Source of the DNA: Campylobacterota bacterium
GTDB lineage: Bacteria > Campylobacterota > Campylobacteria > Campylobacterales > Sulfurimonadaceae
Assembly: GCA_034717975.1 (NCBI GenBank)
Contig: JAYEMF010000015.1
Span: 25,786-57,035, forward strand
DNA length: 31,250 bases
Direction: 5' to 3'
Position numbers and translations under genes: made by a program. Positions 17,366 through 25,372 of this stretch are shown piece by piece. Within the stretch, counting starts at the first letter, position 1. Every line of letters starts with the position of its first letter. The notes beneath the pieces are model-generated. The model worked only from the letters and a program-made list of their open reading frames with translations, was not told the DNA's origin and made no database searches.

Positions 17366-20300
17366 TTACGCCACATCGACAAAAGTCATCTTTTCCAGCT
17401 CTTCCATCACTTTATTGTCAACCCGTATAGCTGATTCAATGACAATGTTTTGCAACTTCGAGACGATGGTCAGGTTCAACGGACGATTACCCGGATAGCG
17501 GCGTACCAGTCGGTATATCTCTTCGAGCTGTTCGGTACTTTTGTTGAGATGAAGACGAAGCATCAGCGGTTCAGGCGGCTTCTCCACAATCTTCGTGTCG
17601 ACCTTTTTGGCCTCTCTTTTCACCTCTTTCAAGGTAAATATCTTTGTTACGCTGATGCGGGTAAACATCTCGGTATGGGTGATCTTCACCTTGAATGCTA
17701 CAGGCTCTTCAAGGTCCATCTGTTCGAGCTGGTCAAGCTTGTCCGAGAAGAGCATCACCTCGATATTGCCGTGGAAGTCCATCAGGTTGACGATGCCGAA
17801 CTGGTTCCCTTTTTTCGAGATCTTCTTCGTGATCTCTTCGACTTTACCGATGAAGATCGCCATCGAACCGTCAGCAATGTTTTCGATGTCGGATGAGAGC
17901 GTATAGTTCAATCCTTCAATCTCTTCACGGTAGGAGTCAAGCGGGTGCCCCGATACATAAAAGCCAAGCGTCTCTTTTTCAAATTCCAAAATATCTTTTA
18001 GCTCATACTCCGGCTCATTTTTAAGAGCCAGATCAACCGTCGTCACCTCGATGTCATCCCCAAAGAGGCTAAACTCGGCATCCTTCCGTAGCTGGCTGGA
18101 ACTCTTGACCGTATCGATAATCGGCTCCATCTGGTTTAGCAGTGCCTTGCGCGACCAGTTGAAACAGTCAAAGCCGCCGGCTTTGGTGATCGACTCCAGA
18201 ACTTTCTTATTGACCTTCTGGGGTTCGATACGGTTGACAAAATCCCGCATATCGGCAAACTCGCCCTCTTTACGCACATCGAGGATCGACTCTACCGCCG
18301 CAGAGCCGACACCTTTGATCGCACCCAGTCCAAACAGGATGTAGTCACTGCCATCTTGTTTCGTTGGCGAGAACTCCATGTAAGACTTATTGATGTGGGG
18401 AGGTGCGAGTTCGATCTCCATCCGCTTGACCTCATCGATATACTTGACGACTTTGTCGGTGTTGTCCCTCTCTGAAGTCAGCAGTGCCGCCATAAACTCC
18501 TGAGGGTAGTATGTCTTGAGCCATGCTGTCTGGAAGGTGACCATCGCGTAGGCTGCCGAGTGAGATTTATTAAAACCGTAACCCGCAAACTTCTCGATCA
18601 GATTAAAGAGCTCACTGGCCTTTCTGTAATCATAACCCTGTTTCTGCGCCCCTTCTGAAAACTCGGCATTGTAGGTTGCCATATCTTTCTTTTTACCCAT
18701 CGCACGACGGATAATGTCAGAGTACCCAAGCGAGAAACCACCGATGTTCTGAACGATCTGCATGACCTGTTCCTGGTATACGATGACCCCGTAGGTGGGT
18801 TTGAGGATCGGTTCCATACTGTCAAAGGTATACTCGATCACCTCACGGCCATGCTTACGCTCGATGAAGCTGTCAAGCATCCCCGACTCCATCGGACCCG
18901 GACGGTAGAGTGCCAGGACCGCGATCAGGTCTTCAAAGTTTGAAGGCTTCAGCCGTTTGTTCAGGTCCTGCATTCCCGAACTCTCTATCTGGAACATCCC
19001 CACCGTCGCACCGCTCTGGATCACGTCGTAAACCTGCTGGTCATCCACATCGATCTTGTGCCAGTCTACTGAGACATCATGGCGTGCTTTGACCAGTTTG
19101 AGCGCATTATCAATTACATCCAATGTTTTCAGACCAAGAAAGTCGAACTTGATCAGGTCGACATCTTCAAGGTAATTAAGCGAATACTGTGTGACAAAAG
19201 TATCTTCGCCCGATGGTTTGTAGATCGGTGTCTTGTACCAGAGCTCCTCATTCGAGATAACAACACCGGCGGCATGCATTCCGGCATTACGCTTGAGCCC
19301 TTCAAGTTTCTTACTGAACTCCCAGACCCGTGCAACACTCGGATCGGTCTCGATGAGCTCCTGGATTTTCGGCTCTTTCTGGAACGCACCCGGAACAAGT
19401 TCACCTTTTTTCATCTTGCCGTTAAGGGTAATCCCCAGTTCATCGGGAATCAGTTTTGCCATCTTGTCCGCCTGAGCCAGCGGCATATCCAAAACACGGG
19501 CGACATCACGGATAACCCCTTTTGCCAGCAGCGAACCGAAGGTGATGATCTGCGCCACCTGATCACGCCCGTACTTCTCGACGACATAGTCGATGATCTC
19601 ACCCCGGCGTGCCTGCATAAAGTCCATATCGATATCGGGCATGCTTACCCGTTCAGGATTCAGGAAACGCTCAAAGAGCAGGTCGTACTTCATCGGATCG
19701 ATATCGGTGATCTCCAGAGAGAAGGCGACCAGACTTCCCGCCGCCGACCCGCGCCCCGGTCCGACTGCGATCTCCATCTCTTTGGCAACCTTTACGAAAT
19801 CCCATACGATCAGCATGTATCCCGGGAACTTCATGGAATTGATGATATCCATCTCGAATTCCAGCCGCTCACGATACTCCTCATGCTTCTCTTCAGGAAC
19901 ATATTTTAGACGCTCATCCAGCCCTACTTTACAGCGATAGATGAAATACTCGGCATCATTTTTGTCAGCTGCACTGAGCCACTTTTTCTTCTCATCAGAC
20001 GTCGCATCTTCACTTATGGCGGCATCATCTTCATGATCAATGTTTAGCCCCTCTTCCTGAGCATACTCTTTGGTAAACTTGAAGTTCGGCGGTGTCGGGT
20101 CACCAAGATCGAGTTCCAACTGGCATTTGTCTACGATCTCCTGCGTATGGGCCAGTGCCTCTGGGATGTCCGCAAAGAGGCGCGCCATCTGCTCAGGTGA
20201 CTTCAGGTAAAACTCATGGACGGAGTGGCGCATACGGTTGGGATCATCATAGAGTTTATTCATCCCGATACACATAAACGCCTCATGGTACTGCGCATCA

Positions 20301-20965
20301 CCCGGATAGGTGTAGTGGGTATCGTTCGTCGCAACCAGCTTGATACCGGTCTCTTTGGCCAGCTTCAGCAGCGGCTCGTCAATGTAGAGCTGGTCGCCGA
20401 TCCCGTGGCGCATAATCTCAAGGTAGAAGTCGTCACCGAATATCTCTTTGTACTCCTGTGCTACACGCTTCGCTCCTTCATACCCCTCTGCACCGTTTTT
20501 AACATTACGGTCATTGGCCAGATTGAGGTGCCAGTTTACCTCACCCTGAAGACAGGCCGAAGTACAGATGATCCCTTCTGAGTGTTCACGAAGCTCCTCT
20601 TTGTTGATACGCGGAAAGTAGTAGAAGCCGTCAATATACGCTTTTGACGAGAGGTACATCAGGTTCTCGTACCCCTTCTGGTTCTTCGCAAAAAGGCAGA
20701 TGTGGAAACGCTGTTTCGTACTCTTGTCACCAAGCTCTTCACCATTGTGAATGTACCCTTCCATCCCGATCAACGGCTTGATCCCCGCCCCTTTCATCTG
20801 CTGGTAAAAATCGATGGCACCGAACATATTGCCATGGTCCGTCATAGCGACGGACGTCATCCCAAGCTCTTTCACACGTTCGACAAGGTTGCTGATCTTG
20901 TTGGCACCGTCGAGCAGGGAGTATTCGGTATGCAGATGCAGATGGGTGAAGGGCTGTACGCTCAT
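17366..20965 (-). CDS. dnaE: DNA polymerase III alpha subunit
   Basis: HLHLHTEYSLLDGA PHP domain, GRGSAAGS, MPDIDMDF, KFDFLGL and YGFNKSH motifs; no intein-sized insert. Confidence 0.99.
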   Translation of the reverse strand: MSVQPFTHLHLHTEYSLLDGANKISNLVERVKELGMTSVAMTDHGNMFGAIDFYQQMKGAGIKPLIGMEGYIHNGEELGDKSTKQRFHICLFAKNQKGYENLMYLSSKAYIDGFYYFPRINKEELREHSEGIICTSACLQGEVNWHLNLANDRNVKNGAEGYEGAKRVAQEYKEIFGDDFYLEIMRHGIGDQLYIDEPLLKLAKETGIKLVATNDTHYTYPGDAQYHEAFMCIGMNKLYDDPNRMRHSVHEFYLKSPEQMARLFADIPEALAHTQEIVDKCQLELDLGDPTPPNFKFTKEYAQEEGLNIDHEDDAAISEDATSDEKKKWLSAADKNDAEYFIYRCKVGLDERLKYVPEEKHEEYRERLEFEMDIINSMKFPGYMLIVWDFVKVAKEMEIAVGPGRGSAAGSLVAFSLEITDIDPMKYDLLFERFLNPERVSMPDIDMDFMQARRGEIIDYVVEKYGRDQVAQIITFGSLLAKGVIRDVARVLDMPLAQADKMAKLIPDELGITLNGKMKKGELVPGAFQKEPKIQELIETDPSVARVWEFSKKLEGLKRNAGMHAAGVVISNEELWYKTPIYKPSGEDTFVTQYSLNYLEDVDLIKFDFLGLKTLDVIDNALKLVKARHDVSVDWHKIDVDDQQVYDVIQSGATVGMFQIESSGMQDLNKRLKPSNFEDLIAVLALYRPGPMESGMLDSFIERKHGREVIEYTFDSMEPILKPTYGVIVYQEQVMQIVQNIGGFSLGYSDIIRRAMGKKKDMATYNAEFSEGAQKQGYDYRKASELFNLIEKFAGYGFNKSHSAAYAMVTFQTAWLKTYYPQEFMAALLTSERDNTDKVVKYIDEVKRMEIELAPPHINKSYMEFSPTKQDGSDYILFGLGAIKGVGSAAVESILDVRKEGEFADMRDFVNRIEPQKVNKKVLESITKAGGFDCFNWSRKALLNQMEPIIDTVKSSSQLRKDAEFSLFGDDIEVTTVDLALKNEPEYELKDILEFEKETLGFYVSGHPLDSYREEIEGLNYTLSSDIENIADGSMAIFIGKVEEITKKISKKGNQFGIVNLMDFHGNIEVMLFSDKLDQLEQMDLEEPVAFKVKITHTEMFTRISVTKIFTLKEVKREAKKVDTKIVEKPPEPLMLRLHLNKSTEQLEEIYRLVRRYPGNRPLNLTIVSKLQNIVIESAIRVDNKVMEELEKMTFVDVA

Positions 20966-21195
20966 TAGAAGCCTTTGTAAAAAGTATAAAAAACAGTGTT
21001 TTAAAAAGAGGTTTATTATAGTGGGAGGTCGTTGAAATACTGCTGTGGTTTTGCGGGCAATTTTCTCTCTTACAGTCTCAAGAAGATTATCTGAGGAGAA
21101 GGAGATGGGGAATATTTCATTGCATGAGCCGGCATAAACCTCTGTTCAACCCCATTTGATATAATATAGCTAAAGCCTGTAAGCAAGGGGAAGTT

Positions 21196-21735
21196 ATGGA
21201 AGAGTCAGCAAAAAACAGAAAAGTGATTGATGTCGAGACGAACGTCAGTATTATGTATCTGCTGCGTGCTGTGCAGCAAAACCATCTTCAACTGACCATG
21301 ATGGCCGACAGGAAAGCGAGCACGCTTTTAGCAGCGTGCTTCATTATAACCTCGCTGGTGGCCGGCTACACTATCGATAAAGGATTGACCCCGGTGGCGG
21401 TTGTTATCGCTCTGTTTACCGTGCTTTCCGCATTTTTTGGTCTGCTCGCCTCCATCCCCCGCCTTGTCAATGGGGAGAAGAGCGGCAAAGAACGCAATCT
21501 GCTCTTTTTCGGTGACTACGCCGGTATGGAGGTAGAGAGCTACTTGAAAGTCATGAATGAGAGTATCACTACCGATCAGCAGATTTACCAGATGATGATT
21601 GAAGACATCTACAGCATGGGCAAGGTCCTGACCAAAAAATACCGCTACATCCGACTGAGTTACCTGATGTTCATCGCCGGCATTATCGCACCGCTTGTCA
21701 CCATCGTGGTGCTGGAGTTCCTTCCTTTCAGCTAA
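21196..21735 (+). CDS. Pycsar-effector-like (DUF5706/PycTM family) membrane protein
   Basis: NHLQLTMMADRKASTLL, two TM helices, NLLFFG, DIYSMGKVLTKKYRYIRLSY plus a C-terminal TM; TGaTATAAT promoter at 21157-21165. Confidence 0.78.
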   Translation: MEESAKNRKVIDVETNVSIMYLLRAVQQNHLQLTMMADRKASTLLAACFIITSLVAGYTIDKGLTPVAVVIALFTVLSAFFGLLASIPRLVNGEKSGKERNLLFFGDYAGMEVESYLKVMNESITTDQQIYQMMIEDIYSMGKVLTKKYRYIRLSYLMFIAGIIAPLVTIVVLEFLPFS

Positions 21736-21761
21736 AATGCCTACCCCACTCTGCATAGTTA

Positions 21762-21848
21762 TGCACGTAACCGTAGTCATTAGAAGCCGTGCATATATGC
21801 TAAAATGTTAATTAACCGGAATGTATCGAGGAATATATGAACATAGGA
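21762..21848 (+). repeat. 87-bp direct repeat, copy 1 (promoter, RBS and first codons of the DUF4239-like gene)
   Basis: 85 of 87 identical to 22308-22394; includes TGcTAAAAT, GAGGA and ATGAACATAGGA. Confidence 0.95.
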
Positions 21849-22186
21849 TTATGGGCACCTCTAAAAACCCTGTATATCATCAGAGGGCAAAGAAGGTGTA
21901 AGATTTTGTTCTAAGGTTTCGTAGGACTACCAGTAGGTAAATGTGCGAAGCCTGCCCTTGGGTGCAAGAAACTTTAGGACGGAAGCTTGCGCCTTATTTG
22001 CCCTCCCAAAGGGCGTTACATACATTAAGCAACTTTACTCGATGAAAATATGCCACTGGCATATTTCTCATTCGAGATATCGTTAGAACCTTGCAACCGT
22101 AACCAGTTACGCTAGCAAGAACCTGCCTTGATCACAAAGTCGTATGCAACGCTGATGATACACAGGGTTTTTAGAGGTGCCCATAA
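21849..22186. mobile_element. Non-coding MITE-like palindromic element, about 338 bp
   Basis: 35-bp terminal inverted repeats TTATGGGCACCTCTAAAAACCCTGT(A/G)TATCATCAG with 1 mismatch; several internal stems; no transposase ORF. Confidence 0.85.
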
Positions 22187-22199
22187 AATAGCGCATGGC

Positions 22200-22265
22200 G
22201 TCATTCCTGCGAAGGCAGGAATCTAAGCCTCAAATACTCAAGATTCCTGCCTTCGCAGGAATGAC
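22200..22265. repeat. Double-hairpin palindromic repeat, second copy
   Basis: Perfect 25-bp inverted repeat GTCATTCCTGCGAAGGCAGGAATCT-N16-AGATTCCTGCCTTCGCAGGAATGAC. Confidence 0.92.
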
Positions 22266-22307
22266 TGAGCATACACCTTAAACAGAGGTAAGTTTTGAAT
22301 TACCATG

Positions 22308-22394
22308 TGCACGTAACCATAGTCATTAGAAGCCGTGCATATATGCTAAAATATTAATTAACCGGAATGTATCGAGGAATATATGAACATAGGA
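22308..22394 (+). repeat. 87-bp direct repeat, copy 2 (functional promoter and start of the downstream gene)
   Basis: Matches 21762-21848 and leads into the intact 264-aa ORF. Confidence 0.95.
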
Positions 22395-23177
22395 CTATTT
22401 GATTCTTTACCGATATCTGGTGTCTATATTGGCTTAACAGCAGGCATACTGCTCTCTTTTGAAGTTGGCTATCAAATCAGCAAATATACCAGTACGCGTT
22501 ACGATAAAGAGGCACCTAACGCCATAAGTCCTATGGTAGGTGGTCTGTTGGGGATGCTGGCTTTTGTTCTCGCTTTTACCTTTGCCATGGCCGCTGCCCA
22601 GCATAATCTTAGAAAACAGAATGTTCTCGACGAAGCGAATGCAATCGGTACGGCATATCTGCGCGCAGATTTGGTTGATGAACCACACAGAACAAAAGTA
22701 AAGCACCTTTTACAGGAGTATGTGGATATTCGCTTGCAAGCCGTAGAGATGGGCATGAGCACAGACATACTGAAAACGGCAATAGCCAGATCTGTTGAGC
22801 TGCATGAGCTTCTTTGGGCCCAGGTATCATCAGCAGCAAAAAAAGAGCCCAATATAAATACCGGGTTGCTGCTTCAATCCATCAATAATGTAATTGATAT
22901 GCACGAAAAACGACTGACTGCAGCCTTGCGCAATCGAATTCCCGGCAGTATCTGGCTGGCACTGTTAGCAATTTCCGCCCTTACGATGATAACGATGGGT
23001 GCTCAGGCCGGACTTTCAAAATCACGCAGACTGGTTGCGGTTATCCCATTGATCATGGCCTTCGCTGCACTCACAACAGTCGTCGTGGATCTCGATCGTC
23101 CTCAAAAAGGGCTGATAAAAGTAGGCCAACAGACTATGATCAACCTTCAAAGCAGTATGAGTCGACAAACAAAATAA
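22383..23177 (+). CDS. DUF4239 / bestrophin-like membrane protein
   Basis: LLGMLAFVLAFTF...EANAIGTAYLRADL...DLDRPQKGLIKV pattern; 4 TM segments around a soluble helical domain. Confidence 0.75.
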   Translation: MNIGLFDSLPISGVYIGLTAGILLSFEVGYQISKYTSTRYDKEAPNAISPMVGGLLGMLAFVLAFTFAMAAAQHNLRKQNVLDEANAIGTAYLRADLVDEPHRTKVKHLLQEYVDIRLQAVEMGMSTDILKTAIARSVELHELLWAQVSSAAKKEPNINTGLLLQSINNVIDMHEKRLTAALRNRIPGSIWLALLAISALTMITMGAQAGLSKSRRLVAVIPLIMAFAALTTVVVDLDRPQKGLIKVGQQTMINLQSSMSRQTK

Positions 23178-23188
23178 GAGTTATGTTA

Positions 23189-23306
23189 AGTAGTCAACCC
23201 TGAAAAATCCAAATAAGCCCCTAGGGCAAGTCTATGCTGGAAAGAGCCTGCCTTGATCACACTTTTCTATGACTTGCTGGTACTAGACTTTCGCAAGAGG
23301 TCTACT
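23189..23306. repeat. Decayed or partial palindromic element related to the right half of the 21849-22186 element
   Basis: Shares CCTGCCTTGATCACA (23247-23261 = 22122-22136) with similar flanks and ends in GCAAGAGGTCTAC (versus TTAGAGGTGCCC). Confidence 0.6.
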
Positions 23307-23390
23307 GTTCTAAAGTTTTCCAACACCAAGATCAACTTACTTCCAGTTAGCTATTTAGGGTATACTTAATCATAGCAAAGGGAAGATATT

Positions 23391-23876
23391 ATGAAAAAAC
23401 ATGATGAATTACCCGTAGAACATGATGATTCTTTAATCGCTTTTTTGCATAAGATGATAAAAGTAGCCGTTAAAGCATTGGCTATATTGATGGTGTTTGT
23501 TATCTTTTGGGGTGTTGGTGATGTTATCCATGTCCTCTATCAACGGCTGATGGCAGCACCCTTTATGCTGCTTGAGATCACAGATATTTTAAAAACTTTT
23601 GCCGCCTTTCTTGCTGTACTGATCGCTATAGAGATTTTTCAAAATATTGTCATGTATTTAAGTACAGATGTCATCCCGATAAAACTGGTTGTTGCAACAG
23701 CTTTGATGGCGATTGCCCGAAAAGTGATCATTATAGATTTTAAAGATATTACGCCAATGTATATTTTTGCAACCGCTGCGGTTGTTTTAGCGCTTGGTAT
23801 TACCTACTATCTGGTAGGGAGACATCACAAAGAGAGAATGCTGGATGAAAGAAAGAGTCCTAAAGATATATACTGA
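23391..23876 (+). CDS. Phosphate-starvation-inducible PsiE family membrane protein
   Basis: FLAVLIAIEIFQNI and VVATALMAIARKVII motifs; 4 TM segments. Confidence 0.88.
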   Translation: MKKHDELPVEHDDSLIAFLHKMIKVAVKALAILMVFVIFWGVGDVIHVLYQRLMAAPFMLLEITDILKTFAAFLAVLIAIEIFQNIVMYLSTDVIPIKLVVATALMAIARKVIIIDFKDITPMYIFATAAVVLALGITYYLVGRHHKERMLDERKSPKDIY

Positions 23877-23888
23877 AGAGGTGCTGCT

Positions 23889-24077
23889 ATGCTTGAGTTG
23901 ATAATCGTGATCTTGCTTCTGTATGTTTCCTACAAACTCTATAAACAAGATGCATTGATGCAGACCCAGAATGAACTGATCGAATCACTGCAGGAGATGC
24001 AGACACACTGCAGAGAACACGTTAAGAGGCTTGAGAAGCTGTATGGCTCTCAGTCAAAGGATGATGATAAGGAGTAA
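23889..24077 (+). CDS. Small membrane-anchored hypothetical protein
   Basis: GAGGT RBS, N-terminal TM helix, short coiled-coil-like tail; 62 aa. Confidence 0.65.
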   Translation: MLELIIVILLLYVSYKLYKQDALMQTQNELIESLQEMQTHCREHVKRLEKLYGSQSKDDDKE

Positions 24078-24149
24078 GATCACAGATCAACCAACAGCTA
24101 TTTCGTTTTATTCCTGTATAATCTTACAAACCAAATAAAGGCTGACGCC

Positions 24150-25022
24150 ATCTCTATCCAGACCCCTGCACTCTTAAAACAATTTCGCGCTTTCTACCTG
24201 AAAAACACCCCTGACAACTTCGAAGAAGCCATTGACTATTTTGCTGTTTTTGGCGGATTGGATGAAGCCATCGATACCAATGTACCGCGTATGGAGCTGA
24301 TCGAAGAGATCATCTTAAAGAACTATACACACTTTCATGAGCAGCTTACAGAGGTAACGCTGAGCGATCCCATCTACCACTCTCTACTGACAGGTATTGC
24401 CATGGGTGACCGCCGCACACACTCTGCTTTTAAACGTGCTCGCATCTCTGAAGAGACAGGCAATCCGGCTCTTCGTTACCTTTGTCAGAACGATCTTATT
24501 GAGCGGGAAAGCCCCGTATTACAACCAAGCGGCAAAGAAGAGGTGGATGACAAACTGAACTTTTCCACTCCATTTCTACGTTTTTGGTTTGCTTTTATAT
24601 CACCGCTTTTTAAAGGGATTCAAGCGGGTGACTATAGTGAGGTAGCAGAACGTTTTGAGAACAGGAAAGAGGGCTTTTCAGACCTGGTCTTCGAAAAGCT
24701 CTCCATCGAACTCTTAAAGAAGAGCTTTGAAAATGACCCGATCGTAGAGGTTGGAAGCTACTGGGATAAAGAGCTTGAAATCGATATCCTGGCTAAGACA
24801 GCATCCGGAAAAGTGATTGCAGGCGAGTGTAAATATGCCAATGCCAAGCTAAAGAAGAGCACCCTTTCAAACCTCAAGGAGAGATGCGGCAAGCTTGGAC
24901 TCGATCCGGATATTTTTATACTCTTTTCCAAACGGGGTTTTTCAAGTGAACTCAGATCCTTAAAGGGAGAGAATCTGCGTCTTTTTAGCGCTAAAAATTT
25001 TAAAAAATTAATTGAAGACTAA
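24150..25022 (+). CDS. DUF234-domain protein (winged helix plus C-terminal PD-(D/E)XK-like domain); start probably upstream of the track's TTG at 24258
   Basis: YFAVFGG, PFLRFWFAFI, SYWDKELEIDI, AGECKY and LFSKRGFS motifs. The frame is open upstream (LLKQFRAFY...YFAVFGG), and RBS AAAGG at 24137-24141 points to ATC 24150. Confidence 0.8.
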   Translation: MSIQTPALLKQFRAFYLKNTPDNFEEAIDYFAVFGGLDEAIDTNVPRMELIEEIILKNYTHFHEQLTEVTLSDPIYHSLLTGIAMGDRRTHSAFKRARISEETGNPALRYLCQNDLIERESPVLQPSGKEEVDDKLNFSTPFLRFWFAFISPLFKGIQAGDYSEVAERFENRKEGFSDLVFEKLSIELLKKSFENDPIVEVGSYWDKELEIDILAKTASGKVIAGECKYANAKLKKSTLSNLKERCGKLGLDPDIFILFSKRGFSSELRSLKGENLRLFSAKNFKKLIED

Positions 25023-25231
25023 TGTCCGCCATGATCATCAGACAGACTTCGGCTGCTCATCTCAAACCGGATACCATTTCGTAAAAAACAGGTAAACATA
25101 AGTACGATAAAAATAAATGTTCCTAGACCGGTATTGGTAAGCTGAAAGATAAAAGCAAAGAGGAAGAGAACACTGCTAAGTATAAAACGGACACGGTTGG
25201 CACTATGTTCACGTAGAAGATCATAAGTCAT
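25019..25231 (-). CDS. Small 2-TM membrane protein
   Basis: AAGGA RBS, ATG start, two hydrophobic stretches; 70 aa. Confidence 0.7.
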   Translation of the reverse strand: MTYDLLREHSANRVRFILSSVLFLFAFIFQLTNTGLGTFIFIVLMFTCFLRNGIRFEMSSRSLSDDHGGH

Positions 25232-25372
25232 TTAAAATCCTTATAACAAAAGTTACTTTTTATTATTTTATCTAAATCACTCTTCTGCTAAGATTATAGA
25301 GACAGATTGACGTACAGCATTACATTCCTGCTGTCAACAAGTAAAATGCCGCCCACTTATTTGGAGTAATTT

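Noticed and set aside
19079..19909. 276-aa + strand ORF and other ORFs inside dnaE
   Set aside because: Antisense shadows of a conserved gene, explained by codon bias.
21328..21780. 150-aa - strand ORF
   Set aside because: Antisense to the better-supported PycTM-like gene.
21849..22186. Autonomous insertion sequence
   Set aside because: Too short and has no transposase ORF; treated as non-autonomous.
21196..25022. Complete anti-phage defence island
   Set aside because: Only one effector-like gene and a DUF234 protein without an N-terminal ATPase; no cyclase, methylase or other recognisable defence partner.
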